Shown: positions 30,005-43,520 of the stretch, one piece after another
Numbering within the stretch: the first letter of the stretch is position 1
Layout of the letters: every line of letters starts with the position of its first letter
Assembly: GCA_951406725.2 (NCBI GenBank)
Contig: OX597818.1
Span: 140,306,001-140,370,000, forward strand
Length of the DNA: 64,000 bases
Direction: 5' to 3'
Source: Octopus vulgaris
Lineage: Eukaryota
Made by a program: the position numbers and the translations under genes
Notes under the pieces: model-generated
Database searches by the model: none
Told to the model about the DNA's origin: nothing
What the model saw: only the letters and a program-made list of their open reading frames with translations

Positions 30005-31567
30005 GGAAAATACGTAAGTGGGTGGCAACATTTATGTAGCATAATGCAGCAAACTTCGTATGTTGACGTTAATTCAGAAGGAATCAGCTTAAATGGACAT
30101 TATATGTTTTATCCAAAGGCAAAATTCTATGTTGGATATGTTTTTCAATGATAGAATTACTTAATGACAACAGCCTGAAGTCAAGGGAAGGTTATCTTTA
30201 AATGTTTATTGTAATATCCTGCTCATTCGTTAGTCCAAATGAAAATAACTAAATGCTTACTGATTTAGCTAATGAAATGGGAATGTAAACACGTGTTTCA
30301 CTGGAATCATAATCTTTCGAACTTGCTAGCAAGCATAGCGTCAATATTCAAGAAAGTTTCATTCGTGGAAATCAAAACAAAATATGGATATATGTGTTCG
30401 TGCGTGCGTGGTGAGTGTGCTCGTGTGTATGTGAAAGTATATTACGACATACTCTATATGTTCATTACTGTGGTAGCAAACAAGAAATTCTTTTTTTTAT
30501 TTCCTTTCTATAAAGTTACAGAATCTGCTCTTTTATGCGGGCTTACGAGTGTATGTGTGTGTTTAACGGTCTATCAATATTCTTAGTGATAAAATAACAG
30601 TCAGGTATTTCAGGTTCGACTCATTGTAGAGGCATTACAGCAGTGCCATCGAAAAACTATCCAAAACAGGAATGTATTATATTATGAATATTCTTTGCTT
30701 ATACACACTGTCTGAAATGTAAAGCAGATAAGGCTTCTTGTGGTAGCAAAGATATATGTATGCCAGAGTGTAGTATATCGCAGCAATTATTCTCATCTGG
30801 AATACTGGTTGTTGTACTTAACTCTACGTTCCCATTCTGTCGTGCCACTGAAAGAGCTTCCATGTGCTCGATCTACATGCTGGATATAGACGACACATTT
30901 CTCCAAAACAAAAACAAAAAAAAATTCTAGGAAGACAACTTCGTCGACATAGGAATAACACACTGAAAATTTTGCCCTAGATGAAAGAAGAAATGCAGAA
31001 TGGTCAGGGCTGCAATTAATTTAAATATTGATCTGCACGATCTAGGTTGCTCTGAGCCTAATCAAGAAAGCAACACCAACATGAACAATGGCGGGTGGAT
31101 TCTGTGTAATTTTTTATTAAAATACAATGTCATTTACGCACTTAATCCTTGATTAATCCTCGTTCTTTTCACATCCAGTTGTTTTTCATTTCCCTCCAGC
31201 ATTATGATTGCCAATATCAACCACAGTTAGATCTCTCTTGTGATCACTGGTAATGTTTCTTATACAACCATTCATATCAGATAAGCTGGGATAAGAGCGA
31301 CGTTCTTCTGTGGTGGTTCACCACAGACTGTTGCACTATCAGGACCCTAGTTTTAAATAGGATGTCGACATCGTTGAATTGTTTTTCCCTTTGCCCTAGA
31401 TATATATTCGGTCTCCGTCGTGGAAGGTCCTGTTTACTTGTGCATTTCTGACTGTCTCCTATGATTATTACACTTCCACTGCGATGCATAAGAGTCTTTC
31501 TAACAGTTGTAACTAGAGTTTCAACAGAAGACACAAGCTCTGACCTTATCGCATCAAATTGTCTAAG

Positions 31568-31686
31568 CTCGTGGAGCTTAGGTATTTTTGCTCAATAAAC
31601 ACTCACACTGCCCGATCTGGGAATCAAAACCACGTTCTTACGACCGCGAGTCCGCTGCCCTAACCACTGGGTCATTGCGCCTCCAC
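31568..31686 (-). mobile_element. SINE family B head fragment
   Basis: Reverse match to the tRNA-like head at 25508-25625. Confidence 0.85.
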
Positions 31687-31926
31687 GCTGCAGCCTGTGC
31701 TACTGCTGTCGCTGCTATTAGTACCTCTTGCGCTCTTCAGATTTCGTCAACATATCTACTGCAGGATGTCAGTACAGTGGAGACTACTCCAGCGAAAGCA
31801 GTCTTATTGGTTTATGTTCTTCCAGGGCTGTTGCTTTCGTCACATCCACGATGCTTCTGTTGCTGGAGTTGTTGCCATCGTTTGAATTGATTCTTTGGTT
31901 ACTGCTGCTCCCACAACTGCAGTCGT

Positions 31927-32130
31927 TTCTTCTTCTTCTTCTTCTTCTTCTTCTTCTTCTTCTTCTTCTTCTTCTTCTTCTTCTTCTTCTTCTTCTTCTT
32001 CTTCTTCTTCGTCTTCTTCTTCTTCCTTCTTCTTCTTCTTCTTCTTCTTCTTCTTCTTCTTCTTCTTCTGCTTCTTCTTCTTCTTCTTCTTCTTCTTCTT
32101 CTTCTTCTTCTTCTTCTTCTTCTTCTTCTT
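31927..32130. repeat. (CTT)n microsatellite
   Basis: Directly visible. Confidence 0.97.
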
Positions 32131-32411
32131 CCAGTCAGCACTCACGCCATTAGCCGCAAAGAATAATCTCTAATTCGAGCCTACTCTAAGCTACTAAGAA
32201 TGCGTGTGGCAACTTGAAGATCCACCCACCACACGCGATAGATAACGGTTGCACAGGCGCGAAAACTACGTTGTTATCCTCTTTCCGTAAACAGTAGCTT
32301 TTAACGGGTGGGGAGCTAAACCATCCTAGGGTACAGAGGATTCGCAATCTAGACTAGGATCTGAAAGTTTACCACATAGTGGGTTACACCATGGTTCCTC
32401 TGCTTTGTGGC

Positions 32412-32590
32412 AGAGTGAGAGAAAGTTGTGGTTAAAGAGTACAGCGGAGTTCCCCATCACCTCGCCGGAGCGTCGTGGAGCTTAAGTGTTTTTGCTCAAT
32501 AAACATTCACAATGCCCGGTCTGGGAATCGAAACTGCGTTCTTATGACCGCGAGTCCGCTACCCTACCCACTGGGCCATTGCGCCTCCAC
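32412..32590 (-). mobile_element. SINE family B 5' fragment
   Basis: Reverse match to 25508-25685. Confidence 0.85.
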
Positions 32591-33569
32591 ACTGCTGTCG
32601 CTGTTACTGCTGTCACTGCTATTACTGCCTCTTGCGCTAAAGTTGCTGAGACAGCAGTTGCTGATGATGCTGAGCTGATGCTGCCAATTCTCCTGCTGCA
32701 GCTGCTGCAACACATTTGTTCTCCTTTGTGGCACTTTTTCTGTTGTTACTTTTGTTTTGTTCTCTTGCTGTTGTTATTCCAGTAAACAGCTTCAATTAGT
32801 AAGTAAACATAAATAAAGCCAGAGATTTCATCTTGGTAAGAGACCACAAAAAAGAAGAGATTTTGGCCTGTAATTAACGAGGCAGAAAAATAGAGAAAAA
32901 TAAGAATCAGTTACATAGTAATAAGGCTGACCTATTACGAACCGAAAAATGTCAGAATTCACAGAATTAAAACGAAGTGTGACGGCCTTAAAACTCAGAA
33001 AGATAGATAGACATCTACATAGGTTTTCAAGACTTTACTTTGGATGCAACTGAATATAGAAGCTTGGCATGATTGGGTTGGCCTCACTAACCTACTGCTC
33101 AAACAGTATAATGCAAAGCATGATAAACCCTGGTATTAACACCATTCTCTACCAGTAATTGCAGCAATATATATATATATATATGGAATTTTAAAATTCA
33201 CATCGTCCAAAGCAAAAACGCCAATGAGGCTGAGATATCGTTAAAAAACGAAATATACCTACTCATTTTTTATGGCTATGCCATTTGACAGAAATATGTC
33301 TGCTAATGAATATTTTTAAAGTACACAAAACCCAGTCATCGAAAGAGCAGGATGTGTCTGGTAATAGAAAACAAATAGAACACCTGGTGTACTTGACAAT
33401 TTCGTGTTATTAAAAAAGGTGTAAATGAATTACTGGAAGACATCTCGTCGAAATACAACATTTATAAAATTTTAAAAATCATCTCCAACAACGCAGGTCA
33501 CATTTTATATAATGTTTTTTCTTTGTTATACCGAATAATTTATCCTGAATACCATTCTATTATACATCC

Positions 33570-33618
<49 letters not shown>

Positions 33619-33625
<7 letters not shown>

Positions 33626-33814
33626 TTAGAGACAAAACCACTATTATGCAAATCAAACAAAGAAAGACTTAATCCAATACATAAAAATTTTATATAAATT
33701 AAATATAATTAAGATTAATCTTAATTATATTTAATTTATATAAAAAAATTTATGTATTGGATGAAGTCTTTCTTTGTTTGATTTGCATAATAGTGGTTTT
33801 GTCTCTAATTAATA
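33619..33814. repeat. Near-perfect spacerless palindrome, ~97-bp arms, centre 33716/33717
   Basis: ATTAATTAGAGACAAAACCACTATTATGCAAATCAAACAAAGAAAGACTT...AATATAATTAAGATT|AATCTTAATTATATT...AAGTCTTTCTTTGTTTGATTTGCATAATAGTGGTTTTGTCTCTAATTAAT. Confidence 0.96.
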
Positions 33815-33913
33815 TCATATTATATTTTACTATAAAATTGGATTCAATCATAAATCTGATTTTTCCCTGTAAATTTGGATTTATTCCCTAATATTTATTA
33901 TTATATATATATA

Positions 33914-34243
33914 AAAGACCCCCTTCGGTCATGAATGACCATGGGATTGCACCTAGAAAGTTACCCTCCTAGACACAAGTCCGGGCAAGGTTGTTTATGG
34001 AAGGCTAGCAGTCGCCCATGCATACCAGCCTCCCCTCTCCACGCCACCAGTGTTATCCAAGGGAAAGACAAAGGTCGATACAGCTTGGCACCAGTGACGT
34101 CGCAACTCATTTCTACAGCTGAGTGAACTGGAGCAACGTGAAATAAAGTGCCTTGCTCGAGAACACAACACGCAGCCCGGTCCGGGATTCGAGCTCACAA
34201 CCTCACGATCGTAAGCTCGACGCTCTAACCACTGAGCCATGCG

Positions 34244-34244
<1 letters not shown>
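33914..34244 (-). mobile_element. SINE family C, tRNA-derived, inserted in (TA)n
   Basis: Minus strand has the A box GCGCATGGCTCAGTGGTTAGAGCG, the B box GAGCTCGAATCCC and a central GAGCAAGGCACTT; a degenerate copy lies at 59795. Confidence 0.9.
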
Positions 34245-34290
<46 letters not shown>

Positions 34291-34309
34291 TAGCATATAT
34301 CGCCTTACC

Positions 34310-34406
<97 letters not shown>

Positions 34407-35779
34407 GGATGGATATTGAATCTAAATTAATTCCATATCTTTTTATATCAAGAGTATGCCGTGAAAGACCATCATTAAATGGCAATACCTTCTCTAGGTA
34501 TCTAGCTAGCACCTGTTAAGGATTGTTTCATGAAGCAACAACAAAGGAAAAATATGGTAATGCTATACCGAGTGGCTCCCAATATAGATATAACAACACA
34601 TAGTAGTTATCTTTAGAATCTATCTAACCGCTGCTTGTAAAGTGTTACAGTACATAATTTCTATAAGGTACAAACATTTAGGGAAAAATGTATATCTCAT
34701 CTTAAAAGTCACAGAGATTCAATAAAGTGAGCCCTCGTATATCAAGTAGTACACTTTCGTTACACGCTCAGTTAAACCGTAGCTGTATGCGAAACATTAC
34801 CGATGCAACGATTCGAAGATATAACATCTTATGTTAGCAAAACCAATAACAATAAAACAAACGATAGCGCAAAAATCCTAAAAGAATGAGAATAAAAACT
34901 CTCTTAATAGCATTTCTGCTAACATGAAGCTCCCTCTCTTGGTAGGTGGTTTCTTTCTTTCAATACTTGTATCGCCTCGTTGAAAATCCCTGTTCTAATG
35001 GAGTTGCTGGCACTTATTTTACCTCATTTCCAGGATATTTCAACCGTTTCTCTAGGGACCATTATTGCTGGGCCAGTGATCAAAGAAAATGCTTCTTCGC
35101 GTTCGTTCGTTTTTCATCTCTCTGAAATACAGAATATGCTGAAATGCTGGAGTAGCTGGCGGAGTTTTACTTCACATCTTTATACCTGCAATAGACATGT
35201 ATTGTCTGATATATGAACCAAGTAAAGTAAGATAATTGAGGGAGAAAACAGGGCAATATATAAAAGGGTTGATGGAAAAGAATAAAGTGAATAAGAACAA
35301 GAAGAAAAAAGTAGAATAACTTCACGATAAAACACACCGAAAAATATCAAAATTAGGCAAAAAGGATGAAAAGTAAAATGCAGTGGATAAAGAAAACATA
35401 AATACAGAAAAAAACAATAAGATAATAAAAGAGACAGACATAAAGTGGGGACTAATTATAAAGTAGAACCAATTAACAATATAATAATTAAGAGCCAGCA
35501 AATAAATTTTAAAAATGAATACTTAAAATAATGAAAAGTGTAACACAGAAATAATACAAATTTATAAAATAATAACATAAAGATAATTACTCTACCACTG
35601 TTCACTCACCCAACACTTACCGTTACGTGCAACTTTCGCATTTCCCGCACAAACACACCTTGGCTCTTTTCTCCCCTCTTGTCACATCAACTGCACTACA
35701 TAGCATTATTATTTGATTCTCTTTCTCGTTTGCAATTTCTCCTCCCGCTATTTCTCTCCCTATCCCCATCTCTCTTATC

Positions 35780-35822
35780 CTGCTCCTGAAGGTGAGAAAT
35801 GTCTCAAACGATCGTTAGATTC
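35780..35822 (+). ncRNA. Degenerate hammerhead-like motif
   Basis: CTGAAGG-T-GAGA(AATG)TCTC-AAAC-GATC-GTT: stem II and the palindromic stem III (AACGATCGTT) are present, but A9 and G12 are altered or missing. Confidence 0.3.
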
Positions 35823-38339
35823 TTTCACTCCTAATGGCTGATAAACACACATTATGGCTTTCATCGTTCCTATTAGCATTTTCGAACATAAAATAGGGGA
35901 AAACGTTCCTTCGTTTGTTACTGATATATATAATGTGATAACGAAAACACAAATCTGCATTTCTCTCTGTACGTCCCCGCGAACATTGTGCTTGGTTAGC
36001 TCCACCTGATACAGCAGAAGTATCCTTATTGATATTCCAACCGTAGCAATAAAATCCTTTTCTTGCTGTATTCCACCAAGGATCGAAGTATGAAACCCAT
36101 CCTATTCTAAGATGATCAGTTCCAGACCAAGAGAGACCTGACTGCTAATTCTATCCGGCCAAGCGACAATGTACATATAGACTAGGTATAAATGTGTGCT
36201 TATTGTTTTACTTCAGTAACACTATATTCCTAAAGTTTCAGGTTACTTCTTGTGTTTCTCACCGATATCTCATCACACTTCAAATTTATTTAGATAGATA
36301 AGCACAAGACCATTGATCTCTGGTTGATGGAGTGTAGAAGCATCGACAACAATAAGTATTTTTTCGAAAGGCATAAGAGTACCAATACATAAATATTAAA
36401 ATTATAGGAACGGTTGAATTACTATTGCATGTGTCGTTATTGTTGTCGACGGTAGAAGGGGTGTTTTGCCGTATGTTGGATTGTTTTTGAGTAAACTTAA
36501 TATCAAAGACATTCCAGCACTATGACTATCTCGGTTTTAGTGTCATCGAGAGCTACATTATTCATAAATATGTTCTTCGTCTAAATTGAGGTGTTTAATT
36601 TCAGGAAATTTCGGCTGCTATTTTGAACGAGTAAATCAAAAGTCATATAGACACTCGTGTTCTTTACAATTGTAGTTGTTTTTATTACCATCGCAGTGGC
36701 CATTCGTGTTGCTGTTGTTGCATCATTGAATTTGTTATAGTTGCTGTTATTGCTGTTCACAATTTCACCCATCTGTGCAATTCAGTATGATTGCTTAAAT
36801 TTTGAACGTTCTCTCACTGCTTAATGTTTCAGGTATTTTTGTGAAAATTCCTATTTACATTTCATCTTGATACTGGTGTTGTTGATTCAGCAATATAAGT
36901 ATCAGTGTTTATGAGGCTGTGACTTGATTATCACATTACTTTGCTGCTATTCTGTCGATTTTACTGTAAAGAATTCAACGTGAAATTAATTAAAATCTTG
37001 CGTCGTATCACTATATCTAAATATCCAAGTTTGTTGCAGTATATTAAATATTGATACAAGATATTGTATTGTAATATGATATAGTGTTGCAAAACAAGTC
37101 GTTTGAATACTTATTACTTTAAATATGAAGCGGTCATTAATTTGCACTCTGCTATTAAGTTTTCTTATCTAATAATGCGCAACTTAATCAGAGAATTCAT
37201 TACTTCATGATTACAAGTTTGTTTATTTCCTCATAGATATTAAGTCATTCTGCTTGGTGTCATTGTAACTTGTCTAACTATATCTTCTATCATTCGTCCT
37301 CTCATATTTCTGCATTGCTTATATCAAACATGACGGATCTGTTCTTAATAAGGTATGGAAATACTACTTAGCTTCATCCACTAATAAAATCATGTTTAAA
37401 CCAAACACTAAAGAGAGCGACTTTTCTCTTTTATGTAACACAAAATATCTAGAATTAATTTTCTTTACAAAATTAATTTTAAAATTTAAAAGGCGCAGGA
37501 AATAATGAATCGCTTTGGTTATGCTTTTAAGCAAATACTTACAAGACCAATGAACAAAATGGACAAAAATTATATGGTTTCTCACATGTTACATCGTATA
37601 ATTTCTAAGATGCACAGCCAATGGAAGTGCTATTATTGTATCACAAATTATAAGGCATCGATCTGGCAAATCTTTTGAGAATTGTTAAAAATACCATGCT
37701 CTACGTGTTCCCTCTGTATGCCTTTTGATTTCAAATCCTGATTACGATTCACGTACTAGGGCCAATGTAGTCGACTATAGCCCCTCCATTCAAAATTGCT
37801 GGTATTTGGTGAGTAAATCAGAAACAATGATATTACTAGAGCTGCGCTTGAAGGAAATCAATGGACAAAATAGCCAGAGGTGTTTTGTTAAGTACCATGT
37901 GCACTCCGTTAAAATCGGACCGGAGTCAATGATTCACACTACTGCAGCTGATAAAATAATACCAGTAAAAAATAGGAATCGATATGAAAACTTTGTTAAT
38001 CTCCCCAAAAGTATATACAATTCTGCTTTTGTCAGTTATCATTATTGTTATTTCGAGTGGTGGTTTGACAGAAACATTTGTACGTTGAATATAATAATAT
38101 GTTCCGGCTATTTACATTCTGGGTCCAAAATCTCGCCGCGGCCACCTTTGTCATACATCTCTCAGGGAGCGAAAAAACAGTTAATTATAATTGACCAACA
38201 TTTCTTGTGTCTGGATTTCTGTGATTGTGCCTAAATTAGAAAACATTATCATTATTATTATAAATTTTTAAACTCAGGTTTTTTGGGAAATCCTCGAGTT
38301 TTGCATGCGTAGTAGGCTTGCTGCCTGCAGCCTAGTTAC

Positions 38340-38385
38340 TATCATCATCATCACCATTATTATTATTATTATTATTATTATTATA

Positions 38386-38450
<65 letters not shown>

Positions 38451-38472
38451 CATTATTATTATTATTATTATT
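38340..38472. repeat. (ATT)n tract forming the 3' tail/target of the adjacent LINE
   Basis: Directly visible. Confidence 0.95.
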
Positions 38473-41100
38473 TTTTATTGACTTTGCACAACTTCTAACG
38501 CTGAACATGTACTACGGTGTCAGTTGTTCGCTACCAGTAAAATAAAATAACACCTTTTATTTTTCGAGGACCATCCGGAGTATTCGACTGGTTCGAATCA
38601 GTGCAGTTTTCTGCAAGTTCTCCACCCTTATTGCAGTCGCTATTTGTTCCATGAACTTCTCAAGATTTTTACTCACCGTTCCCAGGGCTCATACAATTAA
38701 TGGTACTATTACCACCTTCTTCAGCGACCACAACTGATTTACCTCCCAAACTAACCTGTTATAGCTATCGACTGTTCTTTCTTCCTAATTGCATACGTTG
38801 CTGTCAGCTGGGCATGCTGTATCTATGATCCAGCTTTCTTTCTTAATTAACATGTCTGCTTTCCTCTTATCTATCCCATGGTCGCACTGAATCGTGAAAT
38901 CCCACAGCATCTCAGCATTATCATTTTCGATGATGCCTTCGGGTTAATATTCGTACCACTTTTTTGCAGTTTTAGTCATCCACAGCCATCTTTTGTCTCT
39001 GTCTGTCTTATCTTCAACATCCCTATGAAATTTTCCATACATTCTTTTCTTTACCCACCTATTTTCAGTTTCATTCATATTCAATTTCTTGTATAGTGCT
39101 TTATCTTTGCAATCTTCCATCCTACACAAATCTGACCTTCTTAATTCCAATAATAGCGGTTTTGGAATTTTTTTACATACCATGCTATGTTGTTTTCTTC
39201 TATTCTAATGCTGTGTTCGTATCCAATCAGACCTCTTACACCTCTTTTTCTTAGTTTATGCAGTCTGTCTGTGTCAATTATTGGGTGGAATATCGCATAT
39301 CTAGTAAGCAACTACCTTGTCTTTCTGTCTAAGCTGTTTAGTTCGTCTACTGTTCATGCGATTACCCTTTCTCCATATCTAAAGAGTGAAACCGCCCAGG
39401 TGTTGATAGCTTCAATCTTTTTCTGTCCGCTTAATTTCGACTGAAGTATCAGTCTCAGCCTTCGCAAATACTCCACCTTAAACTTTTCTGTAATTTCTTT
39501 CTCCATCAATTTATTCATTTCCAATATCCCAAGTATTTATATCCCGTTACTTCTATTTGCTTCATAACCTCCCTCGACGATGTCGATATCCCGTCCATAC
39601 ATTTAATTTTGCCTCTCTTCAAAATTAACACACCACACTTTTTCAGTCCGAACTACATTCTGATATCAGCACTCAAGGTATACACCATATCAACGAGGGA
39701 ACTGACTTAGGATCCATCATCACCTTAAAGTTTGAGGTCATCCATGAATAACAAATGGTTGACTTTTTGTTAGCGGCTCTTGAATATATATCCAGCTTTT
39801 GCTTTCCTCAGAATCAATGTTAGTGGTATCATGTACAGTACAACGATCAGTGGGGACAGGCAGTCCCCTACGAAGATACCCATCTTGATTTTTATTGTCA
39901 GTAAACTTCTTCCATATGCCATACTTTTTCTATACAATCCTTCATCATTCCATGCAATACCAAATAGGTTCATAAATTCCATAATCTAAGGATGTGGGAT
40001 CATATCGTATGCTTTACGATAATCGTTCCATGGTATGGCTAAATTAATTTTCCTCCTCTTGCAGTCTCTAAGCACAGTTTTGTCTACCAGGAGTTGATCC
40101 TTGGTACCCCTGCACTTATGCTTGCACACCTTATGCTCATGTGGCAGGACCCCATTTCTTTCCAGTTGTTCGTACATTGACTCTGCAGCTCTTTCAGTCA
40201 ATAATTTCCACACGAGTCGAAAGCAGGATACCGGCCTGTAATTGTCTACCGTTTTGCCTTTTTCGGTGTTTTTCAAACACAACACTGTCCAACTCATTGT
40301 CAACCACTCTTTGTCCAACTCATTGTCAACCAAATCTTTTGATCCTGTAGCCTTGAACTCTATCTGCCTTCTAGTTGCCCATTTTTTTGCTGATTTCCTT
40401 CACTTCCCTAACTGAAATGAATAGGTTTGCCTTTTGTGGACAGACTACTGTGCATCCTTCTTGTGCTTCTTGTCTTTGCTCCAGATGTCACTCACACACC
40501 TTGACTTTTCAATGTTATCTGATATCAATTTTTCATCTGTACACTCTCCATTTATTTCATTGAAGAGTCTCTTAATCTATATTGAATACCCTATTCTGCT
40601 AGTAACCCTTCATTCTTTGATCGTATCCTACCATCTGTTTTCTTTGCAACAGGCGTAGTTTCAGCTCCTCCATTACCACCTTCAGGCCCTTTCGTTCAAT
40701 ATCATACTTCCTGTTCGGTGCCCTGTATTTCTGTTCGCTTTTAAGCTCCACCTTCTCTTTTCGGTCTAACACAGAAATGTCCTTCGAGAGCATATGTATT
40801 CGTCTTTTCCACCTTGGATCTTTTCTTTTGTCACTCCCATTATATTTCTTTTTTTATTTCATCATTCCTATCTTATTTCTTTTTTTGACAACAACAGCCA
40901 CATTTTCTGCTGCAACAATCATTGCTGCTTGATCAGATTATTTTTGTTTCTATGATATTTTTTTTTTCTTTCTAATGTATTTCAGAATTTCATTGACACT
41001 TTTCGTTTCTTGGTTAAATTTCCACCGATTAACCTTTTTAAGGTTGCAAATAATGTCGCTATCCTTATCATGTAGCCTTTATTCTGACATAGATTGCCTT
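38473..41100 (-). mobile_element. Degraded R4/Dong-like LINE with RT and RLE endonuclease
   Basis: Motifs NYRPVSC, CRGTKDQLLVDK, DYRKAYDMIPH, GIFVGDCLSPL, NHLLFMDDLKL, WDFTIQCDH, WIIDTACPAD, LQKTAL...RILRMVLE; ends in a (TAA)n tail. The CCHC knuckle region appears deleted near 38965. Confidence 0.93.
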
Positions 41101-41123
41101 TTGCCCATCAGTTATGTCACGTA

Positions 41124-41332
41124 AGGTGGGATATTTCGGAAAATACACCGGAGTCCACATTAATTTGTCTTAACTTCCAAGAAAATGGATATTTTTTTCC
41201 GAGGACATAGGAATTTTTCGGGAAAAACAATTGGGGGTTATATCTGAGAACCGTTCCCCACTCGGAGGTGTTTAGGAACCAGTCGTCTATATTTGTTTCA
41301 TTTTCTCCGTTTTGTGCGTTTGTGCATTTCTA

Positions 41333-41367
<35 letters not shown>

Positions 41368-41865
41368 TACGTAATTAAAAATGTTCAAACAGGGAATTAT
41401 TCCATTCAATATCATGTTTATTATAGATATATAACAAATCATACTTCACACTTCTATATTTAACTGTGCGTGTATATTCCTGATTTTTGCTTTTGCTCTA
41501 TTCTCCCTTTCTATTAGAAACGTTTACCTGGGAATTTAAAGTGAAAAAAGGAATCGTACCACAATTTTAGCTGTTATTTTTAGTATTTTGAATGCCTGTT
41601 GCGTCAGTAAAAATCTACGGATGCACAAACGTCCAAAACGGAGAAAATGCAACAACTATGGACGACTTATTCCGAAAAACCTCCAAGTGGGGAACAGTTC
41701 TTAAAAATAACCCCAATTGTTTTCCCCACAAATTCCCATGAGCTCGGAATCTACATAGTCCGAGTTATATTTGTAGAGAATTTCATTAAAAAATATCGAT
41801 TTTCTTGAAAGTTGACACGAATTGAAGTGGACTTCAGTGAATTTTCTGAAATTCCCCACTCACCC
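41124..41865. mobile_element. MITE/fold-back-like element with ~200-250-bp imperfect inverted arms (41124-41330 / 41615-41865)
   Basis: CATTTTCTCCGTTTTGTGCGTTTGTGCAT vs ATGCACAAACGTCCAAAACGGAGAAAATG; AAAACAATTGGGGGTTAT vs ATAACCCCAATTGTTTT. Confidence 0.8.
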
Positions 41866-42419
41866 TCTTCTAAAATACTTTGCCCTACAAAATTTTCTAT
41901 TTCCAGAATTTACATGATATAATACATATTCGTAGAAAATTTCATTAATAAATTACGAATTTTCTGAAAGTTATGATCATCAAAATTTCGGTGGGGGCAG
42001 AAATCTGTAGTTATGCCAAGTACGCTATATACGTTTCTTAGCTCATAATGCAATTTTATTGCAAATAACACAACTCAACATAGCTAAGCATCAAGCTAGG
42101 ATGACTTTCGAGAAGTTTACATTGACACACAGAATTAAATTCACTACTGTGTTGTGGCTGACTTAGAAATTGCGTGCAACAATGTAATAGTGAAAATTCG
42201 TGTTGTTTGTTAGGAGGATACAATAGTGATTTTCAGTTGTTGTCTGCCGATTTCTATCGTTTAATCTTCTATATTCCTGCTCTCAAAGCTTGACCATGAA
42301 GCACAGGTCATTTAAACTGTTAGACAAAAAGACTATTTCAAGTGATATCAGGACATAACCACACACGGGGGTCACACGTATTCTGTGGCCAGGAGTTCTC
42401 CATGCCCTGGTTTCATCAT

Positions 42420-43030
42420 CTCCAGAATCATCTTCTGCAACTTGAGCCATAACTAAATATCATCACATGCGATACCACAACAGGCAAGAGAAATCCAAGC
42501 AGCAAAAGTATTATTTCATTCTCTTCAAAACACCTAAATTTATCAATAAAGGTTTAAATTCTTATCCAGAAAAATTTGTACTGTATATAGATCAACTGTT
42601 CATATTAAAATCGTTTCTTAGTGTGGTGTTATATTTTTAAACATTCCTGCAATTGTGGAAGGTGTATTTGTTTACTTATTGCCCAAATAACCCCAAGCGA
42701 TCTAATTTTCTCAGTTCACTTATATGTGAGATTCTATCATACAGAAGCATACGGAATTCTCTATTGGGTTGTTGTTCCATTAGATGAAATACTGGAACGG
42801 ACTGTTTTTGGCTCATATTATCCGTAGTACAGATATATTAAGTGTATGTTCAATTTCGTTCCTGAATTGTTCCTTATACTCCACTTTACAGAACGATTTA
42901 CATTTTTCTGACAGCATCTGATATTGTCGTTTCTGGAAGCATTGATCCCGAGCTACAACTATAAACCTTTCTGATTTAATTTTTAATTTCCTGCTTGTCA
43001 ACCGCAAGTGATTGTCGCAGTTAGAAATAT
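42420..43030 (-). mobile_element. Highly degraded R4/Dong-like LINE fragment
   Basis: LTSRKLKIKSERFIVVARDQCF resembles the conserved LK.ETEG.I.AAQDQ motif. Confidence 0.55.
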
Positions 43031-43277
43031 TAATCTATGTAAGATATTATCCACGAAGTAGCATAGTTTCCATTCTACCCTTTGTAATATTTCCCTTGAA
43101 ATCCTTTTTTTTTTTCTTTTTATTTTCTATTTCTACTTTATATCTTGTGACATTCGCTTTTTTGTGTATGTTAGTCCTTTCTCCAGGTTTAGCTTTCAGC
43201 CTTGAATAAATAATGTTGCTACTTTGTAGGAAATACATGGAGTGCTCCATGCACATATATACATACATACATGTGTG

Positions 43278-43311
<34 letters not shown>

Positions 43312-43320
43312 GATAGATAT

Positions 43321-43395
<75 letters not shown>

Positions 43396-43450
43396 TGTAC
43401 AAACACATATACATATATATATACTCACACACCTATGAATACAGAAGTGC

Positions 43451-43520
<70 letters not shown>

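Noticed and set aside
31277-31534. Possible APE endonuclease remnant (VIIIGDS)
   Set aside because: Only one partial motif.
27630-32173. Poly-K/E/S/L/F ORFs
   Set aside because: They come from (GAA)n/(CTT)n tracts.
34900-35220. Possible GIY-YIG C-terminal remnant (minus IFNEAIQVLKE)
   Set aside because: Too short and diverged to call by eye.
37725-38234. 169-aa ORF
   Set aside because: Alternative start, no recognisable domain, and both ends overlap decayed SINE A-like sequence.
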